DNA from: Azolla caroliniana
Taxonomy: Eukaryota; Plantae; Polypodiophyta
Assembly (NCBI GenBank): GCA_043228905.1
Contig: JBHGNT010000008.1
Span: forward strand, 22,320,001 to 22,384,000
DNA length: 64,000 bases
Direction of reading: 5' to 3'
The notes under the pieces were generated by a model that was not told where the DNA came from, made no database searches, and saw nothing but the letters and a program-made list of their open reading frames with translations. Numbering within the stretch: position 1 is the stretch's first letter; every line of letters begins with the position of its first letter. The translations under genes were made by a program, and so were the position numbers. Positions 12,109 to 23,800 of the stretch are shown in pieces.

Positions 12109-15100
12109 TGTAAAATGTAACGTGCGGAAGCTATATGAAACACAGAATATCGACAGAGGAAAAAGTAGGTTTAATGGAGAGCTTAAGACACAATGTACGC
12201 GGGAGAGATAGAGAGGGAATGAACGCACAGAAAAACTAAATTCAAAATAATGTGTAAAACTCTATAAATAGGATGTGCTCAGGGAGCACTTTTATACAAG
12301 TTCATATGGACTGACAGAAGTACTAACACGTACTTCAATGCTCATAACTGAGCTCCTACACTAACTACCAAATATATTCCCTTGCGGAATATCTGTTCAA
12401 TGACCTCTTCGTTTCCGCACCGATCCGGCCTCTTGTTGCGCACCGGTTTACGCACCGATCCGGCCAATGTTGAGCTTGTAACTCAACACTCCCCCTCAAG
12501 CTCAAGTTGAGGCTCTTCCGGTCCTATGCTCTGGTTTCTCTTGACTTTACGCCTCGCTCGCGCTCCTCAACCCATTCTATTCTGCGCACCTTGACCCTTA
12601 CGGTTGGCTTGTCTACTTGTGTAGCCTTTCTCAGTTTCCTTGTTGCCACGGTGTTGGCGCCTCTTCCACTGCCCTTTTCTCCGCATGACCTTCAATTGAT
12701 TTGGCATCTCCGAATCGACTGTCTCCAATTTGTCTCCGCTTTTGTCCAAATTGGCTGGCTCCAATTCATCCTCAATTTTGGCCTTCTCGCCCTTGTTGGC
12801 TTCATCTCCCCCATACTTGGCTGGTTCCGGCTCTTTCTTTCTGTTGTTGCCCTCTCGTCACTTCCGGACTCTTCTGTGCATCCACATTCGGCTTCTTCAG
12901 CCAACACTAAATCGAATTCGTCATCCGATTTGGTGTCATGGTCACTTCCGCTCCTTTCCGTGGTCTTATGGGACTTTTCTCCCCCTCAAGTTCGGCACGT
13001 TGAGGCGCCGCAAACCAAGCGCACCCGAGAATTGCCATAACTTGTCCAGACCAAGGGGCTTGCTTAAAATGTTGGCGTGTTGCCGATTCGTCGAAACATA
13101 TTGAAGTTCAACTTCACCAAAGAGGACACGCTCACAGACAAAGTGGTAGTGCACCTCAATGTGCTTAGTTCGGGCGTGAAAGACGGGGTTCTTCGCAGGT
13201 TGGATGCTGTTGAGGTTGTCGTAGTAGATTGTCGTTGGATCGGACACCTCCACCTGTAGATCCTTAAGTAGCTGCTTCAGCCATATGGCTTCGCATGTTG
13301 TGACAACCGCTCCTCGATAATTAGCCTCTTTGCTCGACAGTGCAACTGTCGGCTGCTTCTTGCTACTCCACGCGATCGCGGCACTCCTAAGGGAGAACAC
13401 GAATCTGGATGTGGATCCACAATCTCCGACGTTTCTGGCCTAGTCGGCATCCATATAGCCGACTAGTTGCACGACAATACCGGTCCGATATAGTAGCCCC
13501 CCGTCCTTAGTACCAGTGACGTACCTAAGTACGCGTTGCGCGCACTGAAGGTGCTCCTCGGTTGACCGCGCCATGAACTGACTAATTAAGCCGACCGGGT
13601 AACTGAGGTCCGATCAGGTGATAGTCAAGTATATGAGGCTTCCGACAATCTGTAGGAACCTTTTCTGGTCATAGACCTTTCCAGAGTCGGGGCGAAGCTT
13701 CATAGTTCTGTCGAGAGCAGTAGAGATGGACTTATAGTCCGCCATCCCGAACTTGAAGAGCATACTCAACATGTAATGTTGTTGGTTGATAAGTATGCCT
13801 TTGGGGGTTCAGATCACTTCGATCCCGAGAAAGTAATGAAGGTTCACCCTTGGAGCATTTTCCTCTGTATTTTGTCTTTTTCTCTTCATGAGATCCACAA
13901 GAAGATTGTGGAACTCCTTCGTCGTTATTCCGAGTAATTCCCAAAGCGAAAAATCTACCCGGCTATCGAGGATTCTCTCCTCGAACACCTTTTTTAAGTC
14001 CGTTCGTTGCTCAATATCCGAAGCGTGTTTGAATGCCGGAATTGTTTTTTCTTTCCTGTTTCCTTCGAAGTTCCAACTCTTCAGCGTCTTTGATGGTCCG
14101 ACCGCATCATCCGTGCGCTGTCGTTTCTCATCTACATACACCTCATGTAATTGGCATAGGGCATACACGCTATTCTTATCGACTGGGCACTCCCATCCCG
14201 TAGCTTCTCGGATGCCTTCCGCAGTGCTTCATATCTCATTAGAGTCAGCCTTCTTGGGGTTTTCTAGCACTTCCGGCCAAAAAGACGCCTTTTCTCCACA
14301 TGACTCACCCACACATATCCCCCCGGTTGTTGCATAATTGCTTTTTGCCGCTATTTCCTCCTCTAGGACATTCTTCATGCCGCCTTTTCGGAATTTTGGT
14401 CGGAGTGGCTTCGGAGAGTCCATCGAATGAATCTGATTTCCCTTGTAGTAGATAAGGTCCCGTCGTAGCGCCTCCTTGTGCTCGTCGCAATCCCTCCGAT
14501 CATGTTCGGTGCTATCGCACCATATGCATCGACAGTCCATATACTTGGAACTTGTGGGACGGTCATCCGACTTCTTCACCATCGCGATTTTCAGATTCTC
14601 CATCTCGTTCAACAACTACTCCACCGTGGTTGCATCGATTCCCTTCTCGGTCATAGTCTCTCGAGTCCATTGTTGATGGTCTTCCAATCCGGATCTTGGT
14701 TTCGGAATTGGTTCCGAAACCTTCTTTTCTTCACTACCATGCCATTGCCCCCTCTTTGTGTAACACGCGACGATATCCCGCATGTTTTCCCATGTATTGG
14801 TGAGGCCACTCTAAGTAGTGGTGTCCTCTAGAAGCATTCCAAGATCTTTCCGGTCCCGGACATCCACAACTCGTAAGAACATGATCACTTTTTCCGGTGC
14901 GAGGATAGCTTGATCTCTCGCGGACAACCTCCCAAACCGACTTTTGAATGCCGAAAACACATTGAGGACCTTTAACCCCTTCTCTAGTGTTTCCACCCAA
15001 TCTTCGAATCCCCTCCGCGTTGCCTTGGAGGAGTCCTCGATACTAAACGTGGTCTTTAGCGCTTCTTCAAATGCTTCCCACATCGGATTTTGTTGTCGTA

Positions 15101-15361
15101 TCCCGTGGATACTCCCTTGAAGCCCGTCCGTACCCACCCGATTGAAGGATGTCACCTGTAATCCTTCCAATATTTCGTACCGTAGCATTTCCTCGTAATC
15201 CCGCAAATATCGTGACACATCCTTCCTATTGAATTGGTTGTTCCATTGCACGAGCCGCTCTACTGCCGCGGCAATCTCCGACATCGCACATTGTTCTTGT
15301 AACATCTGCTCGAACATCGCCATCATGTTGTTAGTTTCCGGTTGATTTTCCATCTCCTTGC

Positions 15362-15449
15362 TGTTGGAGACAATGTCGTCTTTGCGGAAGATCAAGAAGC
15401 ATTCGATTCTTCTCTGTACCTGCGTATGACAGTTTGTAGGTCGTTGCAC

Positions 15450-15481
<32 letters not shown>

Positions 15482-18400
15482 GCACAAAAGACTCTTTATT
15501 CCATAAAGCAATAATACAACATCCAACCTTACAAGAAGGTTACAAGGTCACTATATATAGTGACCGACTTAGGGCAACTACCCTTTATGCTAATTACATA
15601 AATGGCCAAAACGGGATAGTGTGAATACGTCCATTATACACATGTATTCGACACTCCCCCGTAATGGGCGTATACATGGGTTATCTAAGATTACAGGTAT
15701 AGACTTAGGTTCTCGGACATATCAGCTTTGTTCGAGTCGGCAGGGTCCGAAGGCAGAAGACCGAACTGGTCGGGTCGGAACAGTTGAAGCCGATCATTAA
15801 GGAACTGATGTCGGTTGTCGGGAACCATCCTGCTCTGTGTCCGGCTCTAACCGGACTGGTTTGTCGTTACGCCCATCTGATGCCGAAGAGACCGAAAACG
15901 GTCTGCCGAAAGACACTTGGTCATTCCATCTGCGACATTGTCGGTTGTGGATATTTTCTCTAGACCGATTTTCCCTGAAATGACGCAGTCCCGAACGAAG
16001 TGATATCGAACGTCGATATGCTTGGAGGCGTTGTGGTGAACCGGATTTTTCGACAGGGCAACAACACCTTGAATGTCGCTATAGACAACTGGGGCCGAGT
16101 CATGGTCGACTTGTCGAAACGTGTGCGCCAGCCGACCGAGCCACAAAGCTTCTTTTGCTGCGTCGGACGCAGCTACATATTCTGCTTCGGTCGTTGAGGT
16201 CGCTGTGCACTCCTGAAGTTTCGACTTCCACGAAATTGCTCCATTGCCGAATTTGAAGCAGTATCCGGTTGTTGATTTCCGACTGTCTATACAGCCGGCG
16301 AAGTCCGAGTCGGTGTAACCGACTACGCCTGAGGTTCGGTTCGGACCGAAAAGAATGCCATGGTCTTTTGTGCCAGCCAGATATCTGAACACATGCTTGA
16401 CTGCGTTCCAATGCGATCGGCCGGGATTGTGCATAAATCTGCTAACGACTCCTACGGCATGAGAGATATCAGGCCGTGTCGCGACCATCAGGTACATAAG
16501 GGAGCCGACTGCCGGTGCATACGGTACCGACTTCATATCTTCCCCCTCCGGACCGGATGTCGGGCAGTCTCGCTGAGAGAGCCGAAGATTCATGGGAAGC
16601 GGGGTTGAAGCAGATTTGGCTGATTGCATGTTGAAGCGTTCCAAGACACGTCCGATATAGTCGGTCTGAGACAAAAAAAGATGTCGTTTATTGCGATGCC
16701 GACTAATCTTCATGCCAAGGATGTGTCGTGCCGGACCGAGGTCCTTCATGGCAAACTTCAACCGCAGTTGCCGAATGAGATCGGCAAGTTCGCCCGCGTG
16801 GCGTCCAGAAATTAGCATGTCGTCCACGTAGATGATGAGGAAGATGGGTGATCCATCTTGAGTTGTGTTGGTAAAAAGACAATGGTCCTCATCGCTTTTT
16901 GAGAAGCCGATCGATTGGATGAAGTCGTCGAACTTCTTGTACCATTGTCGCGGTGCCTGTTTGAGGCCGTATAGACTCTTCCTGAGTCGGCAGACTAGAT
17001 GTTCTTGGCCAGTTGCCACGAAGCCTTTTGGCTGCTCCATATAAATTTCCTCCTCGAGATCGCCATGGAGGAAGGCTGTTTTGACATCTAGCTGAATCAG
17101 CTCCAAGTTGTCGGCTGCCACTACGCCGAGCAGAAAGCGGAGGGTTGTCATTTTCACCACTGGTGAAAAAATCTCGTCGAAGTCGACGCCATATTCTTGT
17201 CGGAAGCCCTTCGCAACTAATCTGGCCTTGTACTTTGGGGTGGTCGAATCAGACGTCTCTTTTAGTCGATAAACCCACTTGCAAGGAAGAGCACGTCGGT
17301 TCCTAGGTAATTCGACCAGATCCCAAGTCTTGTTTGCCCGAATGGAGTGCATTTCCGACTCCATCGCCAGATGCCAGGTGGCTGAATCGACAGATGTCGA
17401 TGCTTCTTCGTAAGACGTCGGTTCGCCGGCGTCGGTGAAGAAGACTCCAGGAGAGTACCTCTCCGGAGGTTGCGACAGTCTCTCGGATCGTCGAGGTAAG
17501 ATTGGACTGGTCGCATCGGGTATCAAGGTCGGATGGTCCGAAAGCGGATTGTTCTGCTGTGCCGAGTCGGAGTTGTCCGAGTCGGTGGTGTAAGGTTCAG
17601 CTACCCGTGAGGCTGACCGTGTGTTGAGAGCGGGGCCTTCTTGAAGGGTCGGCACATCGGAAAATGTTACCCTTCGGACTTCGATCGGTTTTTCGACTGA
17701 TGGATTCATAGCCGACTCGTTGAACACAACGTCCGAACTTCGAACGATTTGTCTGCGTTCGGGGTCCCAGAGTCGGTATCCCATTTCGCCGTCTGATCCA
17801 TAGCCAAGGAAAATGCATTTCCTGGACCGAGGTGCAAGTTTTCGGCGATCATCTTTCGGAATAAGGGCGTACGCCTCGCATCCGAAGATCCTCAGCTTGT
17901 CGTAATTCGGCTTACTGCCGATCCATAGTTCCTGAGGAATTTGAAGTCCTAGAGGTCTACTTGGCGACATATTGATTATGTGTACTGTCGTGAGTAGAGC
18001 CTCTGCCCAGAAGCCATCCGACAGTCCGGAGTGTTGGAGCATGGAAACTATCCGTTCTTGGATTGTCCGATTCATGCGTTCGGCAATCCCGTTTTGCTCC
18101 GGACTGTGTGGTGCCGTAAATTCACGTCGGATGCCGCGTTGTCGGCAGAATTTGACGAATTCTTCGGATTTGAACTCTCCCCCGTTGTCGGTCCGAAAGC
18201 ATTTCAGTTTTCGGTCGGTTTGATTTTCTACCATAGCGAGCCAATCGGTGAAGATCGAGAAGACCCGATCTTTGGTGCGAATTGGATAAGCCCACACCTT
18301 TCGAGTCGAATCGTCAATAAAACTGACGAAGTAAGAGGCACCGCCTAGAGACTGATGCGGCATTGGGCCACAGACGTCCGAATGGACTAAATCAAGAGGT

Positions 18401-20864
18401 CTCGTTTCTCTTGGTGCTGATGTCGGGTGTGATGCGGCTACTTGTTTGCCATACTGGCAATGCTCGCAGAATTGATGGTCGGAGAAGGAGAGTTTGGGGA
18501 TGTATCCGGCTCTAGATAGGTGCGTGATGCCGGCCTTGCTGAGGTGTCCTAATCTTCGGTGCCATAGTGATGACACAGGAATATCCACCAAAAACAGGTT
18601 ACCCTCTCTGAGCGTAACATGTAACGGATACAGGGAGTGTATCTTGGGTCCTCTAGCAAGCAGGAGGTTCCCCCTGTGGAGTGTCCACCCTCCCGAAGAA
18701 AAACCGGCACGAATGCCGTCTTCATCTAGTTGTCCGACTGAGATCAATGGCCTTGAGAGCTCGGGTACATGTCGGACATTGTGGAGTACAAGTGTAGATC
18801 CACCTGCAAGGTTGAGCTCTACTGTGCCGATTCCGATGATGTCACAGTGTTGTGAGTTGCCGACTCGAACTGAGTCGTAGTGACGGATCGTATATTGCCG
18901 AAATTGGGATCGATGAGGAGTCACGTGAAATGACGCGCCCGAATCTAAGAGCCATGTGCTCGATTCTTCAGTCGTGAGTAGAACTTCTGATCCGACTGGA
19001 TTTTCGATTGATAGTATATTCGGGTCGTCTGGTAGCACATCAGCTGAGAAGCTGACGTAATTGATCTCCTCATGCCGGCCACTCTTCTTGTCTGATCTCT
19101 GAGACTTGTCATTCTTGTTCTTGAGTGCGCGGCAGTCGGCTTTGATGTGTCCGGGTTTCTTGCAATAGTTGCAGATTCGGTTATCCCGTGACTGGCTCCG
19201 TCTTCGCTGATTGTTCGGCGGTCGTGAGGAATCTCTTCCTCGTATGTTCGATCGGTCTGTCGAACCTTGTACTACGTAAGCGTCGTCTGTTGAGTCTTTG
19301 GCAAAAGACTTTCTCCGAGCTGCTTCGGTCAGAATTGCGCTCGTGACTTCGGAGTATTTGACAGCCGTGGTGGACGTGTTGCACACAGTTGTGACGAAAG
19401 TTTCCCATGATGAGGGAAGGCTACTCATGAGTATCATTGCTCTGAGTTCATCCTCGATTGCCGTCCCCTGAGATGAGATTTGGGAGCTTATACTTTCGTA
19501 CTCATTGAGATGTGCTTGGACCGAATCGGATTCTTTCATCCGCAAGTTGTAGAGGCGCCGGATCAGAAACATCTTCGTTGCGGCGACCTTCTTTTCGTAA
19601 GTGTCCGACAGTGTTTTCCACAGTTCGAATGCTGTCGTACACGATTGCACCGTAAAGTATACCGATTCCGATAGGTGCATCCGAATCGTGGCGCGGACGA
19701 TTCTGTCCAGCTTCTGCCACTCAATTGGTTTGTATCCTTCTGGAGGTTCTTCATTTTCGATGGGATCGATTTGCCCCTTGACTATGAGATAGTCCTGCAT
19801 TTGCTCCTTCCAGAAGTTAAAGTTCGATCCATCGAACTTTCGTAGACTCATTTCTGACGAGCCGGATGTTGATGCCATCAAGTTTGGTTTCGGTTGGCGA
19901 AGCTCGGTTCGGAGTTGACTACGAACCTTGAAGGAGTGCAGCCGGTTGGCTCACCCGATATCGTTCTAGTCGGATTTGAACCCGAGTCGGTTCGGCTTCG
20001 GATATATGTATTTGTTGAACTTGCTCGAATTGACTCCGGTAGCTTGAGGGACAGAACCGACTGGTCTTCCCGGATGTTGCCGAGTCGGAGTGAGCCCGGT
20101 TCGCTTCGGATATATATGCCGAATACCGATTATTGAAACCGATTATCTGGACCGATTCTGCTTCGGGTGGCTGCAGCGACGAGAGAGACAGATCCAACTG
20201 ATCCTCTCGAATGTCGATCAGCCGGATGAAGCACGAATTGGGGTTGTTGTCTTGAGACCGATCTGCACCGAGTGGTTACAACGAGCGGCGAGCAGCGTTT
20301 GTTGACTACTTCGGATGCCGTTTAACCGAATGGAGCACGATCGTGTCAATGATACACAAGGGGATTTCACCTCGAGCGGTTACGATCACAAGGAACAGAG
20401 TACAACCTGATGGCTTACTCCAAGCAAGAGGATCTAACGCGATGAGGTGCAAAACCTCGTTTTTCTTTTGTTCTTCTTCTCTCTTTTTTCGAATGACGCA
20501 GGAAACCGAATGCTGAGACGACGGCCGACAGCGGATTGAAGGACCGACTACTGTGCAGGCTCTGATACCAGATGTTGGAGACAATGTCGTCTTTGCGGAA
20601 GATCAAGAAGCATTCGATTCTTCTCTGTACCTGCGTATGACAGTTTGTAGGTCGTTGCACAGAGAGAGAGAGAGAGAGACAGAGACAGAGAGGCACAAAA
20701 GACTCTTTATTCCATAAAGCAATAATACAACATCCAACCTTACAAGAAGGTTACAAGGTCACTATATATAGTGACCGACTTAGGGCAACTACCCTTTATG
20801 CTAATTACATAAATGGCCAAAACGGGATAGTGTGAATACGTCCATTATACACATGTATTCGACA
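15362..20864 (-). mobile_element. Intact young Ty1/copia element C: 5' LTR 20573-20864, 3' LTR 15362-15653, PBS(iMet) 20559-20570, PPT 15654-15660, TSD CTTGC
   Basis: 292-bp LTRs differing, by eye, at one position in the GA microsatellite; perfect 5-bp TSD at 15357-15361 and 20865-20869. Confidence 0.98.
15847..19881 (-). CDS. Copia gag-pol polyprotein (1344 aa): Gag/CCHC, protease, integrase, RT, RNase H
   Basis: Uninterrupted ORF; CNYCKKPGHIKADC, LLDSGAS, HHCC, VHSD/TDNGG/AERM, YVDD, YTDSD/TEAE motifs. Confidence 0.97.
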   Translation of the reverse strand: MMASTSGSSEMSLRKFDGSNFNFWKEQMQDYLIVKGQIDPIENEEPPEGYKPIEWQKLDRIVRATIRMHLSESVYFTVQSCTTAFELWKTLSDTYEKKVAATKMFLIRRLYNLRMKESDSVQAHLNEYESISSQISSQGTAIEDELRAMILMSSLPSSWETFVTTVCNTSTTAVKYSEVTSAILTEAARRKSFAKDSTDDAYVVQGSTDRSNIRGRDSSRPPNNQRRRSQSRDNRICNYCKKPGHIKADCRALKNKNDKSQRSDKKSGRHEEINYVSFSADVLPDDPNILSIENPVGSEVLLTTEESSTWLLDSGASFHVTPHRSQFRQYTIRHYDSVRVGNSQHCDIIGIGTVELNLAGGSTLVLHNVRHVPELSRPLISVGQLDEDGIRAGFSSGGWTLHRGNLLLARGPKIHSLYPLHVTLREGNLFLVDIPVSSLWHRRLGHLSKAGITHLSRAGYIPKLSFSDHQFCEHCQYGKQVAASHPTSAPRETRPLDLVHSDVCGPMPHQSLGGASYFVSFIDDSTRKVWAYPIRTKDRVFSIFTDWLAMVENQTDRKLKCFRTDNGGEFKSEEFVKFCRQRGIRREFTAPHSPEQNGIAERMNRTIQERIVSMLQHSGLSDGFWAEALLTTVHIINMSPSRPLGLQIPQELWIGSKPNYDKLRIFGCEAYALIPKDDRRKLAPRSRKCIFLGYGSDGEMGYRLWDPERRQIVRSSDVVFNESAMNPSVEKPIEVRRVTFSDVPTLQEGPALNTRSASRVAEPYTTDSDNSDSAQQNNPLSDHPTLIPDATSPILPRRSERLSQPPERYSPGVFFTDAGEPTSYEEASTSVDSATWHLAMESEMHSIRANKTWDLVELPRNRRALPCKWVYRLKETSDSTTPKYKARLVAKGFRQEYGVDFDEIFSPVVKMTTLRFLLGVVAADNLELIQLDVKTAFLHGDLEEEIYMEQPKGFVATGQEHLVCRLRKSLYGLKQAPRQWYKKFDDFIQSIGFSKSDEDHCLFTNTTQDGSPIFLIIYVDDMLISGRHAGELADLIRQLRLKFAMKDLGPARHILGMKISRHRNKRHLFLSQTDYIGRVLERFNMQSAKSASTPLPMNLRLSQRDCPTSGPEGEDMKSVPYAPAVGSLMYLMVATRPDISHAVGVVSRFMHNPGRSHWNAVKHVFRYLAGTKDHGILFGPNRTSGVVGYTDSDFAGCIDSRKSTTGYCFKFGNGAISWKSKLQECTATSTTEAEYVAASDAAKEALWLGRLAHTFRQVDHDSAPVVYSDIQGVVALSKNPVHHNASKHIDVRYHFVRDCVISGKIGLEKISTTDNVADGMTKCLSADRFRSLRHQMGVTTNQSG

Positions 20865-23800
20865 CTTGCCACCCGGGTTTCACGTCAGGTTCACCACTTC
20901 TGTTGTGCCTTTCGGCGCCGGATCGTTTACGTGAGTCAGGTGAGAACCGCTGGGGTTTTGGACTAGGAGAAAGAAGAATATGAGATAATGTTAGTTAGGA
21001 AAAGATTGCAAGAAGAAGATATGAAAATCGTGAATCCCACGAGTATAGTGTATTAATTGATACTTAGATTGTAAGAGAGAAATAGATGGCAAAAATTGGG
21101 AATCCCACGAATATTTTATATTAGTCAACCCTCGTAAAAATCAACAACCATATACATCTTTTCTCTCTTCCTTAGATAGTGATGGAAGAGACTAATCATT
21201 GCATCAGGCTTTTTCCTAAAGTGTTCATGCACACTAGATGTGGATGAGTTGCCTTTTTCAACCATGTTTTTTTTATTTCCTAAATATAGTGCTCATGCAC
21301 ACTAGATGTGCATGAGTAACTGGCTTGCGTTTTTCTTCCAAATAAAGTTTTCATGCACTCTAAAAGTGCATGATTTACTTTTTGTAAAGAATCGGGTATG
21401 ATTCTTGTGTAGCAGAAGAGATGTGTGCTATGTGTACGTGTGAGAGGAATCAGAGGAGAGAAGAGAGAACACAAGATAGATAGAAAAAGGAATACTCAAG
21501 AAGAAGGTGTATATTTCACAAGTAGAATAAGAATTGCAAAATGTTTACAACAACCACCCTCTCTCTTGGGGAATGTGAAGACCATAGTCATGGGGAATAT
21601 GTAACTCATTAGTTATGTGTCATAGAATATGATTCTATGACACATAGTTAATGTGTAGAGAGTAGTGGTGTGACTCTTGACCTTTGAGTAATCATAGATT
21701 CTCAAAAGGTGTGTTCAAACGTTGTGCTATGTTGAGCTTGATTCTCAACATACCCGCTCAAGCTCAACTCGGGTTGGTTCCTTTCGATTGATGTCCGTTT
21801 CAGCTTGTACCCGGTTCGGACGGTATTCAATTCTCGCTTGTACTCCCCCTCAAGCTTGGCAAGTCAGGAATCGTCAATCTGAGGTCTAACATGAATTGCC
21901 GAAGCTTGGCGGCTCCTAAAGCTTTGGTGAAGATGTCAACCATTTGAAGATTCGTGTTGATGTGTTGAAGGTCGACATCTCCGGCTTGTACACACTCTCG
22001 AATGAAGTGATAGTGCACTTCGATGTGCTTTGTGCGCGCATGGAACACCGAGTTCCTTGATGGGGACGCCTAGATCCTTCAAAATCCTCTTGGGCCAAAC
22101 GACTTCACATGCAGCTACGGCTACGCCCTTGTATTCAGCCTCCATACTCGAAAGTGCAACGGTAGGCTGCTTCTTACTACTCAAAGATATTGCTCCGCTA
22201 CCGAGCGAGAAGACAAATCCAGAGGTCAATCATCGATCAACTTTGTAGCCTGCCCAGTCCGTGTCTGTGTACCCTTCGAGTCGTATTGGTGTGGCTGATG
22301 CGTATAGAACGTCGTAATCCATTGTGTCGCTCACATATCGTAATACTCGCTTAACGCAATCGAAATGGATATCTCGCGGAGTTTGCATAAATTGGCTAAG
22401 GAGTCCAATTGGATAACTAAGGTCGGGTCGAGTGATCGTGAGATAGATGAGGCTCCCGATCAGTTGACGATATTAAGTCAGCTCGCACTCGTTTGTGCCG
22501 GAGTCAGCATCTAGTTTGAGGTTTCGATCGAGAGGCGTAGCGACCGATTTGCAGTCAGTCATCCCGAACTTGTATAACAATTTGAGGTTGTAGTGCCGTT
22601 GGGAGATCATAATGCCGGTCGGAGTCCGAATTACCTCGATGCCTAGGAAGTAATGAAGCTCCTTCATGTCTGTCATCTCGAATTTGTTGGCGAGGAGGGA
22701 CTTCACCTTGTTGATGTCGACTAAATGCTCACCTCCAATAACCAAATCATCCACATATAGGATGACAAAAATCGGGCTTTTAGACTCGTTTCGTACATAG
22801 AGGGAGTTGTCGGATTTCAACATTTGGAAGCCGATTTGATGAAGATATTGCATAATCTTCGAATGCCAAGCTTGCGGTGCTTGTTTGAGGCTGTAGAGTG
22901 GCTTCTTGAGTTAGCACACAACTTTCGGAAGAATGAGTGATTCGAAGCCGGGAGGTCGTACCATGTACACCTCCTCTTCTAATTCTCCTTGGAGGAAAGC
23001 GTTCTTGACATCCATCTGGTGGAGGTGCCACCATTTCGCCGTTGTGAGTGCAATTACGGTCTGCACCGTCATCATCTTTGCCACCGGGGCAAAGGTTTCT
23101 TCATAGTCGACTCCATGTGTTTGTGCATATCCTTTCACTACGAGTCGAGCTTTGTAATGGTTTACAGAGCCGTTGGCATTATACTTCACCTTGTATATCC
23201 ATCTACAGCCAATTGCCTTCTTGTGCGGTAAGTGGGGAACGAGATCCCATGTCTCGTTCTTGCGTAATGCACGCATCTCCTCGTTCATTGCTTTGATCCA
23301 TTGCGGGTCCTTCGCGGCTTCGGAAAAGGTTTCTGGCTCCCGTACTGTCGCTACCTTCATCATAAAAGCGTAATGGTACGCCATATAATCGTTGTAGCCG
23401 AATCGGCTTACGGGGTTCTTTTCATGGGTGTATCAGCAGAGCTTCTCGTTTGCGGATTCTAAGGGTTTCTTCACTCCATTTGTCTGGATTTCAAGGCCAT
23501 CGAACTCACTATCAAGTGAGTGAGTCGATTCGATGCCATCGAAATGATCGTCTTCATACTCCAGCATTTTCACCTTCCCTTTGTCCAGCTTCGGACTCGG
23601 CCAAGATGTGCTTTGATTGCTCGGGGGCTCTTGTGGCCCACTAAGCCTTGTCGTAATTGGGCTTTCTTCGAACATGCGCATGAGTCGATCTTTGGCTTCT
23701 ATCTCTATTTCGGCGGAGTCCGGGTCGAGCAGAATTGAAGTCGAATTTATCTCTGGTGCATACCAGGATGCGGACTCATCGAAATCGACGTCTCAACTTA

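Larger units (their letters stand above)
13847..21382 (-). mobile_element. Gypsy-type remnant T: LTR from 20901 upward, tRNA-Trp PBS 20880-20896, degenerate gag 15353-~13850 with CX2CX4HX4C knuckle; interrupted by C and D
   Basis: Minus strand reads CAACA-GAAG-TGGTGAACCTGACGTG; gag contains CIWCDSTEHDRRDC; homologous arrangement at 56.5-56.8 kb. Confidence 0.7.

Noticed and set aside
14811-15485. 224-aa ORF as a gene
   Set aside because: Chimera of the element C LTR read into the gag of element T.
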